Part shown: piece by piece, positions 27,301 to 37,257 of the stretch | Position numbering within the stretch: the stretch's first letter is position 1 | Layout: each line of letters starts with the position of its first letter | Assembly: GCA_030619765.1 (NCBI GenBank) | Contig: JAUXAU010000006.1 | Location: forward strand, 766 to 64,765 | DNA from: Thermoplasmatota archaeon | GTDB taxonomy: Archaea; Thermoplasmatota; E2; DHVEG-1 | DNA: 64,000 nt | Direction: 5' to 3' | Program-made: the position numbers and the translations under genes | Notes under the pieces: model-generated | The model's database searches: none | Seen by the model: only the letters and a program-made list of their open reading frames with translations | What the model was told of the DNA's origin: nothing

Positions 27301-28560
27301 ATGAAAATTTGTATATTTGGATTAGGACGGATAGGGCTTCCAATTACGTTGGTTTGTGCAGATAGTGGTTACAATGTTGTCGGAGTGGATATTAATGAGA
27401 GATTGGTTAATAGTCTCAATGAAGGGAGAACGATCTTTAATGAGCCAGGTTTGAAAGAGTTGCTTACAAAGCATTTGAATAAGAATTTTTTCCCAAAACA
27501 TCAGGATGAAGATGTAGCATCAGATTTGAAGCAAGCAGAATATATTATACTTGCTGTTGGGACAGGTTTTGCGAAATACCCTGATAAACCGAATCTTTCT
27601 ACCCTCTACTCAGTCATTGGTCAACTTATAGCAACTGGTTTACGTGGTAAAACGATTATTTTGAGGGTGACGCTTCCTATAGGAACATCTGATGGCGTTA
27701 AAGACTTCATTGAGAAAAAAACAGGGCTTAAAGAGGGAAAAGATTTCTGGTTTTCGTTTGTACCTGAGCGAATTATGGAAGGAAGAGCAATTATAGAAGA
27801 ACGTGCCCTTCCAAAAATCGTTGGCACATATAATGATGATGGATTTGAAAAAGTACGTTCTTTCTTTGAAAGGGTAGGTGGCGAGATTATTCGTGTTTCA
27901 AATCCGCAGACCGCTGAGTTTATTAAACTCATCGATAATTCTTGGCGAAACACACGATTTGCATTTGCGAATGAGCTTGCATTTCTTGCAGAGGAAAATG
28001 ATATTGATGTGATGGAGGCTATTAAATCAGCAAATCTAGGGTATAAACGTAATGAAATTCCCTGTCCTGGACCAGTGAGTGGATACTGTCTTGGGAAAGA
28101 CCCTTATCTTCTAGAATTATCATTTGAGAAAGTTGCTCGACGACGAGGATTTAATTCGATGTGGTACTACGGTAGAAGGGCCAACGACTGGCTTTTCGAA
28201 AAGGTTGTCGAGGAAATTAAAGGAAAAAAGGTTTTAGTTGCCGGTCTGTCTTTCAAGGATAACATTGATGATTATCGCTTTAGTCATGGAGTAGAAATCA
28301 TTCGGAGGCTGCTCAAAAAGGGATGTAGTGTGGTTGTGTATGATCCATTTCTTGATAATAATCTTTATACGAAATTGCCTCGTGAAATTTCTGATAATGT
28401 TGTAGTTTCCCATTCCTTTGAAAAAGCACTTTCAGAGAATTTTGACACGATTATTGTCGCTACAAAACACAACGAGTTTAAAGAGGAGAGTGTAAAGAAG
28501 CTTATCAAAGAGTTACCTGATTCCGTTGAAATCATTGATTTATGGCATCTTTATTGCTAG
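27301..28560 (+). CDS. nucleotide-sugar 6-dehydrogenase (UDP-glucose/GDP-mannose dehydrogenase family; UDP-ManNAc dehydrogenase-like)
   Basis: The Rossmann N-terminus reads MKICIFGLGRIGLP. The catalytic Cys context reads GPVSGYCLGKDP. The protein has the three-domain length typical of the family. Confidence 0.85.
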   Translation: MKICIFGLGRIGLPITLVCADSGYNVVGVDINERLVNSLNEGRTIFNEPGLKELLTKHLNKNFFPKHQDEDVASDLKQAEYIILAVGTGFAKYPDKPNLSTLYSVIGQLIATGLRGKTIILRVTLPIGTSDGVKDFIEKKTGLKEGKDFWFSFVPERIMEGRAIIEERALPKIVGTYNDDGFEKVRSFFERVGGEIIRVSNPQTAEFIKLIDNSWRNTRFAFANELAFLAEENDIDVMEAIKSANLGYKRNEIPCPGPVSGYCLGKDPYLLELSFEKVARRRGFNSMWYYGRRANDWLFEKVVEEIKGKKVLVAGLSFKDNIDDYRFSHGVEIIRRLLKKGCSVVVYDPFLDNNLYTKLPREISDNVVVSHSFEKALSENFDTIIVATKHNEFKEESVKKLIKELPDSVEIIDLWHLYC

Positions 28561-30686
28561 TTCGCCAATATATTAGACTTACTACTAAACTCATAGATTT
28601 TGACTCTGGTGAGCAATTATCAGGAGGGGTATATTTGAGTAGTTTCGATTTGTGGTTTTCTAGAATTCAGAGATTGAAGAGACGTCCATCGAAAGAGGTT
28701 GTTACTTTTTGTTTTAAAGAGATTATAAAAACTCCGAATTTTATCTTAGCTTCAAAAGATAATGTTATCAACCTAAATCAGGTTATTTTAGGTTATACCG
28801 ATGAAGAAAAAGTATTGAATGAATTAAAAAAACGATGTATAAACACATTTTATTTTAATCCATTTGACACAAATTTATCAGAACTTTATAAAAAAAGGTT
28901 CCCAAAATCTTATAACAAGATATTAAAAGTAGCTGAAGAGTATGTAAATGGTGATTTTAAATTTTTAGGAAAAAAAATTCAATTTGAAAATTGGCATTCA
29001 ATCGAGGGTGTTGGATGGCCGGCAAAAGTCCCTCCGAGAAAAATTAATTATTTTGGTTCAGATAGAAAAGGCGATATAAAATATATCTGGGAACTAAATA
29101 GAATGCAATTTTTACCTCTCTTAGGTATAGCATATTTTTTGACTGATAACGAAAAATATGCCAGAAGCGTGTTATCATATATCGAATCATGGATAGATCA
29201 AAACCCATATTTTAAGGGAACAAATTGGATGGAGGGGATCGAAGCAGCTATACGTATGTATTCCTGGATTTTTGCATATCACTTTATTCTTGGTTCTAAT
29301 AGTTTAAAACCAGCTTTGAACAATAAAATTTTGAAAAGTATCTATCAACATGCAAAATTCATTAGAAATTTCAATTCTGATAAATGGATTATTAACAATA
29401 ATCATTTTATTGCTGAGCTTTCAGGTTTAATTCTTATAGGTTTATCTTTTCCTCAATTTAAAGAGTCGGGATATTGGGTAAATTTTGCTATACAGAAATT
29501 AAAAAAAGAGGTTGATAGACAGGTATTTTATGATGGTTTTTTATGGGAGCATAGTCTAGGTTATCATAAATTTGTAACTGAATTGTTATCTTTTGCAGTT
29601 ATATTATTGAAAAAAAATGGTTATCATGTTCCAAAATCTGTTTCTGATAAATTAGAGGGGATGTTTGAATGTCTTAATTTTATTTCTATGAAAAATTGCA
29701 TAATTCCTATGATTGGGGATGAAGATCAAGGAATAGTAATTAAACTAGGTTTTGAAGAATATGATGAAATATCGGACATATTGGGTATTGGAAATGTTTT
29801 ATTCGAAAGAGGTGATTTTAGACAAAAAAATGATTCTGACTTAGTATTTTGGCTCTTTAATGGAAAGAAAAAGAGTAATAGATCTACTTCGAGTATCGAA
29901 TCTTCTTTCAAGGTTTATGAGGATAGTGGATATGGATTGTTCAAAACAAAAAACGGCTATCTGCTTTTTATTACTTCAGCTCAAAAAGAAAAATACTTGC
30001 ATGCAGGGCATAGGCACCTAGATATGTTGAGTATTGTTTACGAGCAGAATGGAGAGTACTTCATCGTTGATCCAGGGACGTATACTTATTTTTCAGATGA
30101 TGCGACGAGGAACAAATTCAGGGGGATCTCCATGCATAACACTATTACAATCGATGGGAAAAATCCTGCAGATCTATCTGGATTGTTTGAACTGTATCCC
30201 AGGCCAGAAACAAAACTAGTAGATTATAGGACATACGATAAAACGATTAACTATATTTGGGCGTCACACACTGGATACAAGCCATTAATTCATAACCGGG
30301 TTATTATTCAGTTTCCAGAGGGTTTTGTCATATATGATTTTGTAAAGGGTGACTCTAAAATACATAAATTTGAAAGTTTTTTACACTTACATCCTGAAGT
30401 AAAAATTTTAAGGAAAAACGATAAAAATGTGGTCCTTAAAAATAACAATGAAATAGTATTTATTTTCTCTGATAAAAAAATCATTAAGGAAAGATCATTT
30501 TTTTCACCAAAATATGGTACAATAATGGAATCAAAAGCTTTAAAAATTGAAACACAAGATGAATGCTATGAGAATTACATATATATACTCAGCAATGAAA
30601 AATCTATGGAAAAGATGGATTCTGATTCATCAGATTTTATCAATAAGACATTGAAATTTAAAGAAATAAACTCAATTATTTTATAA
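28542..30686 (+). CDS. heparinase II/III-like protein (alpha/alpha-toroid N-domain plus beta-sandwich C-domain)
   Basis: It carries WELNRMQFLP, NWMEGIEAAIRMYSW and GHRHLDMLSI motifs, characteristic of heparinase II/III-like proteins found in surface-polysaccharide loci. It overlaps the upstream gene by 19 nt. Confidence 0.7.
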   Translation: MASLLLVRQYIRLTTKLIDFDSGEQLSGGVYLSSFDLWFSRIQRLKRRPSKEVVTFCFKEIIKTPNFILASKDNVINLNQVILGYTDEEKVLNELKKRCINTFYFNPFDTNLSELYKKRFPKSYNKILKVAEEYVNGDFKFLGKKIQFENWHSIEGVGWPAKVPPRKINYFGSDRKGDIKYIWELNRMQFLPLLGIAYFLTDNEKYARSVLSYIESWIDQNPYFKGTNWMEGIEAAIRMYSWIFAYHFILGSNSLKPALNNKILKSIYQHAKFIRNFNSDKWIINNNHFIAELSGLILIGLSFPQFKESGYWVNFAIQKLKKEVDRQVFYDGFLWEHSLGYHKFVTELLSFAVILLKKNGYHVPKSVSDKLEGMFECLNFISMKNCIIPMIGDEDQGIVIKLGFEEYDEISDILGIGNVLFERGDFRQKNDSDLVFWLFNGKKKSNRSTSSIESSFKVYEDSGYGLFKTKNGYLLFITSAQKEKYLHAGHRHLDMLSIVYEQNGEYFIVDPGTYTYFSDDATRNKFRGISMHNTITIDGKNPADLSGLFELYPRPETKLVDYRTYDKTINYIWASHTGYKPLIHNRVIIQFPEGFVIYDFVKGDSKIHKFESFLHLHPEVKILRKNDKNVVLKNNNEIVFIFSDKKIIKERSFFSPKYGTIMESKALKIETQDECYENYIYILSNEKSMEKMDSDSSDFINKTLKFKEINSIIL

Positions 30687-30731
30687 TATTAATATTATTT
30701 ACAAACTATAGAGTAAAAAGATAGAGTTCTT

Positions 30732-31712
30732 ATGAATGGGATTGATAGTCCAATATTTATCGTAGGTATACGACGTAGCGGTAGCACGCTTTGGAGAAGG
30801 ATATTAGAAAAAAATGGTGATTTAGCTGTCTATGGGGAGATGCAGTTTTTATGGCCTTGGGAAAAAGATTTCCCATTTTTTCTCCGTAAATACGTTGGAA
30901 ATTTATCAATAGATGAAAATATAAAGAGAATGGTTGATTTCATATTTTCAGATCATCCACCCAAAATAAGGCTTTTAGAATTACGTTGGGGTTTCTGGGA
31001 AACTTTAAGAAAAAACAATGATGAAGAATTGAAAGAAGCAATTATTAAAAGAATCACTGAATCTAATAGATCTATTGAAAGTGTTTTCAAAGCTATTACA
31101 GAAGAAACAACAAAACATCTTGGTTTTCAAAGATACATGATCAAATTTCCTGTTTATTTCAATCATGTTCACACACTATTAGAATGGTATCCTAAATCAA
31201 AAATTGTACATATCACAAGGGATCCAAAGGCTATTTCAATGTCTAAAAAAAATGACCCTGGTGGAACCGCTAGGTTAAAATCAAAATACCCCTATCTTAG
31301 TTATTTATTGGAAAAGGCTATGACTCTTTTCGTTGTATATCAATATAATTGGTCTGCAAGGGTTCATAACGCTTATAAAAGTAATAGCAATTATGCTCTC
31401 TTTCATTATGAAGATCTTCTTTTAGATCCTGAAAAAACAATAAAAGAATTATGCGAGTTTACAGGTTTAACCTACAATAAAGAAATGCTATTTCCTTCTA
31501 AGGGACGATTTTCAAGCATTGATGGAAAAAGAAGAAGGGGAATAGATAAAAAATCGGGCATTCGTTGGAAGAAAAAAATAACTCCTTTTGAAAAGAAATT
31601 TATCACGTTTTGTACAAAAAAAAGCATGGAAAAATTGGAATATGATCCTACAACACATCTGATATTTAGGGGAGGACAAAATACATTAAATGATACATTG
31701 AGGGGTGTTTAA
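30732..31712 (+). CDS. sulfotransferase-fold protein 1
   Basis: The 5'-PSB-like loop reads PIFIVGIRRSGSTLW. The 3'-PB-like strand reads IVHITRDPKAISMS. Confidence 0.7.
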   Translation: MNGIDSPIFIVGIRRSGSTLWRRILEKNGDLAVYGEMQFLWPWEKDFPFFLRKYVGNLSIDENIKRMVDFIFSDHPPKIRLLELRWGFWETLRKNNDEELKEAIIKRITESNRSIESVFKAITEETTKHLGFQRYMIKFPVYFNHVHTLLEWYPKSKIVHITRDPKAISMSKKNDPGGTARLKSKYPYLSYLLEKAMTLFVVYQYNWSARVHNAYKSNSNYALFHYEDLLLDPEKTIKELCEFTGLTYNKEMLFPSKGRFSSIDGKRRRGIDKKSGIRWKKKITPFEKKFITFCTKKSMEKLEYDPTTHLIFRGGQNTLNDTLRGV

Positions 31713-32817
31713 AATCAAAATAATGATGGTTGGAACCATAAAAACAAAGACCACTGGTGGAATGGCAACTCATACTCAAGAGCTTGTTGAAAATCTTAGA
31801 AATCTTAATGTAAAAATTTTTTATTATAAAACTAATCCCCATAATATTTATTTCAAGATCTTTGATTATTTTATTAAAATTAGCAAAAGAACTATTGGAT
31901 TATCAATTAAATTATTGAAAAATGCGAATAATGTTGATATTGTACATGTTCAAGCATCTGGTCCTATTGGGGGTTTTCTCCCAGCTATTACTAGTGCTTT
32001 TTGGAAAAAAATATTAAATTTTAAACTAATTGTAACTTTTCATTATTCCCAAACTGAATCTTTTTTAAAAAACTATCCAAATATTTCAAGATTTGTTTTA
32101 GAAAGAATTGATAATTTTATCGTAGTCTCTAAAAGACAAAGAGATTACATTACATCCATAATTGGAAAAAAATATTATGCTAAAATCACAGTAATTCCAA
32201 ATGGTTATAACCCTAAAAAACTGAGAGTTATTGAAAAAAGGGAAGCTAGAAACAGATTGAATTTACAATTAAATTACAAGATTATCCTTAACATCGGTCT
32301 TTTATTTGAAAAAAAAGGGCAAAAACATCTAATTAATTCCTCAAAGGAATTAATTTGCATAAAAAAATATAATGATCTTAAATGCTTTATCATCGGGCAA
32401 GGACCTCTTTTGAACCAACTACAACAACAGATTAATGAGAACAAGCTTGAAAATCATGTGAAGCTCGTTGGATTTGTATCATTGGAGGATCTTAATTTAT
32501 ATCTTAATTCAGCTGATATTTTTGTGTTACCAAGTTTACATGAAGGTAATCCTACTGTTATGTTTGAAGCATTGAGTCTTGGTTTGCCCTTTGTAGGAAC
32601 AGATGTAGGAGGAATTCCTGAGATAATCACATCAGATGTATATGGTCTACTTGTTAAACCCTCGAATTTACAACAGCTAACCGAAAAAATTATCAAGGCT
32701 CTTGAAAAAGATTGGGATACTCAAAAAATTAGAAAATACGCAGAGCAATTCGCCTGGAAAAATATTGCAAAACAAACTGTGGATGTATATGAAAAATTGG
32801 TGAACATTAGTAAGTAA
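31705..32817 (+). CDS. GT4-family glycosyltransferase
   Basis: It carries the HEGNPTVMFEALSLGLPFVGTDVGGIPEII block. The GTG start overlaps the upstream stop by 8 nt. An alternative ATG lies at 31723. Confidence 0.8.
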   Translation: MFKIKIMMVGTIKTKTTGGMATHTQELVENLRNLNVKIFYYKTNPHNIYFKIFDYFIKISKRTIGLSIKLLKNANNVDIVHVQASGPIGGFLPAITSAFWKKILNFKLIVTFHYSQTESFLKNYPNISRFVLERIDNFIVVSKRQRDYITSIIGKKYYAKITVIPNGYNPKKLRVIEKREARNRLNLQLNYKIILNIGLLFEKKGQKHLINSSKELICIKKYNDLKCFIIGQGPLLNQLQQQINENKLENHVKLVGFVSLEDLNLYLNSADIFVLPSLHEGNPTVMFEALSLGLPFVGTDVGGIPEIITSDVYGLLVKPSNLQQLTEKIIKALEKDWDTQKIRKYAEQFAWKNIAKQTVDVYEKLVNISK

Positions 32818-33046
32818 TTTAAATTTCAAATAAATAAAATTAGAATGCTTTTGGTCCTTTCAAATTTCGACGAGAAAGAAATGTCAAGTTTGCCATAAGT
32901 GATGGGTATTTATGGGAATGATTTTTTAGAAAGAGGGCAAAAAATTCCTTGGATTTACCGAAACTTGTTATGGTTGGAATAGAAGAAAAACTCCCCTTAA
33001 GTTGACAGCACCACAAATTGAACAAAAGATTAATGCTTGTGAAAAT

Positions 33047-34192
33047 ATGAATATTGTTTGGATTAGTAAGATTTCAATGGATATGCCTCATAAGACATCG
33101 CGTTTAAAAATGTCTGAGGCATTACGGAAGAGAGGACATAATGTAACTTTGTATATGGTGAAAAAAATTGGGGATAAAAAAAATTCTTCACCAAATATTG
33201 TCTTCATCCCTACAATTAACTTTCCTATTTTATCAGGTCTTTTTTTTGGATTAATCGTTTTTACTTATTTTCCTGTTATTCTCAATAGAAAACCAATTGA
33301 CATGATTATTATTGATTGTACAAAGGTTTGGCTTCCTTTTGTAATTCCCCTCAAAATATTAAATATACCCATAATATTGGATATTAGGACATTACCAATT
33401 GATTGTGAAAAATCATTTTTTTTCAGTGTATCTCTATTTTTGAGTCGATACATAATAGATGGAATTACCACAATTACTGCAGAGTTAGATAAAACGATTA
33501 GAGACGTTTATAATATAAAAAACAAAAAGATAGGTGTGTGGTCCTCTGGTGTCTCTATTGAAGATTTCAATGAAATTGACATAAACCCACATACTATCTT
33601 TGAGGTAAAAAGTAGGGAATTTGCATTAATATATCATGGAGATTACTCTCCAACAAGAGGAATAGAAAATCTAATAAAAGCTATGAGTGAGCTAAGTCCT
33701 TCTCTAAAAAAGAAAATCTTCTTGTTAATAATTGGAATGCCGACAAATAAGATAAAAGAGCTATCAATGCTAAGTGAGGAAGAAGGTGTGAAAGAACAAA
33801 TTAGAATTTTACCTAAGACAGAATATAATAAAATCACTCAATATATTAAAATTTCTGATATAGGTGTTATTCCTCTCCCGCCAGAAAATAGATGGTGGCA
33901 GGTAAGTGCTCCTTTGAAAACTTTGGAATATCTAGCTGCTGGAAAACCGGTAATAGCGACCAATATTCCTTTTCATAGAAAAATCTTTGAAAAAGGAAAT
34001 TGTGGAATTCTAATTGAGAGTAGTGATCCTAAGGTTATTGCTAAGGCAATCACTTTTTCGTATAAAAACAAAGAAGAGCTAAAAAAAAGGGGTAGCGAAG
34101 GGAGAAAAATTGTTAAGAAATTTTATACATGGGACTGTATGGCTCGGAAATTTGAAGAATTCTTAAAAACCCTTCCAAGAGTGGATATTTAA
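33047..34192 (+). CDS. GT4-like (GT-B) glycosyltransferase
   Basis: I chose the start at MNIVWISK. The C-terminal block reads APLKTLEYLAAGKPVIATNIPFHR. Confidence 0.65.
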   Translation: MNIVWISKISMDMPHKTSRLKMSEALRKRGHNVTLYMVKKIGDKKNSSPNIVFIPTINFPILSGLFFGLIVFTYFPVILNRKPIDMIIIDCTKVWLPFVIPLKILNIPIILDIRTLPIDCEKSFFFSVSLFLSRYIIDGITTITAELDKTIRDVYNIKNKKIGVWSSGVSIEDFNEIDINPHTIFEVKSREFALIYHGDYSPTRGIENLIKAMSELSPSLKKKIFLLIIGMPTNKIKELSMLSEEEGVKEQIRILPKTEYNKITQYIKISDIGVIPLPPENRWWQVSAPLKTLEYLAAGKPVIATNIPFHRKIFEKGNCGILIESSDPKVIAKAITFSYKNKEELKKRGSEGRKIVKKFYTWDCMARKFEEFLKTLPRVDI

Positions 34193-34299
34193 ATGATACC
34201 TATTTATATAATTTTTTTGAAAAGATATGTTTTAACTATAATTTGAGTATATGGTGTAGGATTTAACCTCAAAACAAAATTATTGTGGTAGTGCTAAAA

Positions 34300-35931
34300 A
34301 TGGATAAAGTTAAAAAAATTGCATTGATATTGCTTATATGGCTATTAACTATATTTTTTATCTCAGTAGCACAAATTTCGCCGCTTTCTATATCAACAAC
34401 TACTGCTTCTGTTTTTCAAATACCTGTGATTTTTTGGCTAATATTGCTGATATCCCCCTTTCTGTTATATTTAATTGCGAAAGATAGTAAAAATCCATTA
34501 GTGCCTTTGGCGTGTGTTATTTTGTATTTTTTCCTTTTTTATTCCTGGGGTCTTTATTTTTTTTCCCATCCGACAATCAGCGATATAGGAAGTAGTACAA
34601 GATATCAAGAGATTTTGTCATCTATCGCACATATTGGCCCTCAAGAAATTGATGCTCAAAAATTCGTTAGCGCTTCACGATATTTCAGATGGCCCGTATA
34701 TTTTATTTTTTCTAAAGTATTTTCCACCACCTTGGGCATAGGCTCAATTCAGACGATTAATCTGGGTTTCTTCTCGCTTTTGTTAATTTTACCTTTTCTT
34801 CTTTCCCTTTTTTTTAAGAGAACCAATAGAGATGAAATTACTACAATATATTTTATTACTCCAGCATTGTATCTTACACTTGGTTGGCATTTTATTAATG
34901 ATCAATTTGTACCACAATTTTTGGCATTACTCTACCTTATCATCCTTTTTGGATGTTATCTGAAATATAGGAATAGAAAAAATCCGTTATTTCTGTTATT
35001 AATGATTATTTTTTATGCCCTAATAGTATTTAGTCATCCATTTATGTTTTTATTTTTTCTAGTGGCAATAATTTTTGAAATATATTGGTTGGAATATGTT
35101 GAAATGAAGAGATCTAAATTTATCTCTTATGGACTGATAATAATATTTATATCAATGTTATTTCCATATTATAGTGATTATTATTCACTAGCCAGCTCTG
35201 CTACAGGGGGTCAGTCATGGAGGACATTTCAACAATTTTTTTCACAGAGAAGTCCTGGTGAAGCGGGTTATCAAGTGCAAAAGTTTTATCATTTAGTACC
35301 GAGAATATTTGATCAATTAATGAGTAATTTATCAAGAGTAATAATTACTGTAGTTTTTCTTATAGTCGTTATTGGATTGCTTTATTATATAATTAAAAAA
35401 AGAAAGTTATTCGATTTCGATATAAGTATTTTAATTGGTTCTGCCTCTTGGTTTGTATTAGGGTTAGCAAATTTGGTACTTGGTCAAAGAGCCTTACAGA
35501 TTGCAGCATTACCTCTAGCGAGACAATTAAAATATTCACGTAGATTATTTAAACACATGCTAAAAGTTATAGTTGTATTTATTATAATAGCGCCTTCAGC
35601 GTTCGTAGCAAATAGTATGGTAAATTCTTCGATTGCAGGAGATAAAGGAATACAAGATTCTGTAGAAAACATTGCAGGACGCTTCATGGACAAACACATT
35701 ACTAATGAATCCATCATCTCATCCGCTCAAAATCCATATCCAACAGGCTATCCTTCTGGATTTAGAAATAGGGGTTATATATGGAAAATAATTGATTTTG
35801 TTTTAATTTCCCCAAAATTACAAAAGCAACTTACATTCCTCAATATAAACTATCCTATATATTATCACAATTCAGTTATATATGACAACGAAGATATTGA
35901 AATAGTTAGTTTACAAATAGAGGAAAGATGA
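34300..35931 (+). CDS. polytopic membrane protein of 12 or more TM segments; candidate Wzy-like polymerase or GT-C enzyme
   Basis: It is highly hydrophobic with many predicted helices and one larger loop. Its position inside the glycan locus supports the role. I did not recognise a diagnostic motif. Confidence 0.4.
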   Translation: MDKVKKIALILLIWLLTIFFISVAQISPLSISTTTASVFQIPVIFWLILLISPFLLYLIAKDSKNPLVPLACVILYFFLFYSWGLYFFSHPTISDIGSSTRYQEILSSIAHIGPQEIDAQKFVSASRYFRWPVYFIFSKVFSTTLGIGSIQTINLGFFSLLLILPFLLSLFFKRTNRDEITTIYFITPALYLTLGWHFINDQFVPQFLALLYLIILFGCYLKYRNRKNPLFLLLMIIFYALIVFSHPFMFLFFLVAIIFEIYWLEYVEMKRSKFISYGLIIIFISMLFPYYSDYYSLASSATGGQSWRTFQQFFSQRSPGEAGYQVQKFYHLVPRIFDQLMSNLSRVIITVVFLIVVIGLLYYIIKKRKLFDFDISILIGSASWFVLGLANLVLGQRALQIAALPLARQLKYSRRLFKHMLKVIVVFIIIAPSAFVANSMVNSSIAGDKGIQDSVENIAGRFMDKHITNESIISSAQNPYPTGYPSGFRNRGYIWKIIDFVLISPKLQKQLTFLNINYPIYYHNSVIYDNEDIEIVSLQIEER

Positions 35932-37175
35932 TTTTAAATCAGTTAAAATCACAGGATATAAAAAACATAGTAATATTTGTATGTGATTCTTTACGATGGG
36001 ACTATACACCCATTTCAATATTAGATAAAGGTATTTCAATTAAAACTGTCGCATCTTCTTTATATACCGCATCGTCTTTTCCCAGTATTATTTCAGGTTT
36101 ATACCCACCTAAGACAGGTGTCCATACTTGGGAGGATTTGTTACCTAGAAATATTAGGGGTATCCTAGAATTTAATGGATATAATTCGTCCTTATGGTGT
36201 GAAACAACATGGACGGACCTTCCCCCTAATGAATCAGATATTCACAGGATACTAGGCAATCCTAAGGGTGTTTCTCTAGAAAATATTGAACAGCCTTTCA
36301 TCTATGTGGAGGATGACAAAGGAGGACACTGCCCTTATGGAATCCCTTCGGGCGAGTATATGGGTGGAGGATGTCCGGAATTTTTTAAGGAATATGGAAA
36401 AAAAGGAAGAGAAGAATTAATAATGCAATATAAAAAGGGTATTAAACAGAGTATTGGACAATTCAAAAAGCGTATTGAAATATTGGAAGATAAAGGATTA
36501 ATTCAAAATACTTTAATTATTTTTACATCAGATCATGGTGAATTACTGGGAGAATATGGGGGATTGACATACCACAATCGCCCGCCATGCCCAGAATTGG
36601 TTTATGTTCCTACAGTATTCATCCATCCTTTATTAAAAACAAATAAGGTTAATAATAATATAATCCGTCATGTTGACTTTTATCCTACAATTGCATCAAT
36701 AATAAATAAAAAGATATCTTACAAGGTTGATGGTGTCGATTTGACAAGCGAGTCGTTTCATTCCATAGGATTGAGTTTTCGATTTGGCGGTTATTTCAAG
36801 GCAAGGAGTAAAATTGAAAATTGGATGAGGTATGAAGCAAGTAGTGTATGGGATTTTCATGGTGGACATATTTTTCATGAGTTAGGTAAATTTCGAGCAT
36901 TGTCATTTTTCTTTTATAAAATACTTATTCAAAAGCATCCGAGGTTTAATTTTATGAGAGAAAATTTAAAGAAAAATCCTTCTAAAAAATATATAGAATA
37001 CAAGAAGGCTCTAAAACATTTAAGTTCGCCACATATTAGATATTTAGAACCGCATTTTTCAGAATACACTGCAAAAGAATTTATTAACAACTATTTAAAA
37101 GAAAGTTTGGAGTTTAGAGAAAGAATTAGAATTAAAAACTCCATTAATAAACTAATAAAGAAAGGAAATTGGTGA
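35928..37175 (+). CDS. alkaline-phosphatase-superfamily (sulfatase-like) hydrolase/transferase
   Basis: The metal-site motifs read VIFVCDSLRWDY and IIFTSDHGELLGE. The position that normally carries the C/S-x-P-x-R formylglycine motif reads SSFPSIISG, with no Arg. Confidence 0.65.
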   Translation: MILNQLKSQDIKNIVIFVCDSLRWDYTPISILDKGISIKTVASSLYTASSFPSIISGLYPPKTGVHTWEDLLPRNIRGILEFNGYNSSLWCETTWTDLPPNESDIHRILGNPKGVSLENIEQPFIYVEDDKGGHCPYGIPSGEYMGGGCPEFFKEYGKKGREELIMQYKKGIKQSIGQFKKRIEILEDKGLIQNTLIIFTSDHGELLGEYGGLTYHNRPPCPELVYVPTVFIHPLLKTNKVNNNIIRHVDFYPTIASIINKKISYKVDGVDLTSESFHSIGLSFRFGGYFKARSKIENWMRYEASSVWDFHGGHIFHELGKFRALSFFFYKILIQKHPRFNFMRENLKKNPSKKYIEYKKALKHLSSPHIRYLEPHFSEYTAKEFINNYLKESLEFRERIRIKNSINKLIKKGNW

Positions 37176-37257
37176 TGTATTTATTTTATCAAGTTAGTTT
37201 TTATAAATATATTTAAGAGTACAGTAATATATCAAACAGAATTAGTGTGAAAAAATT

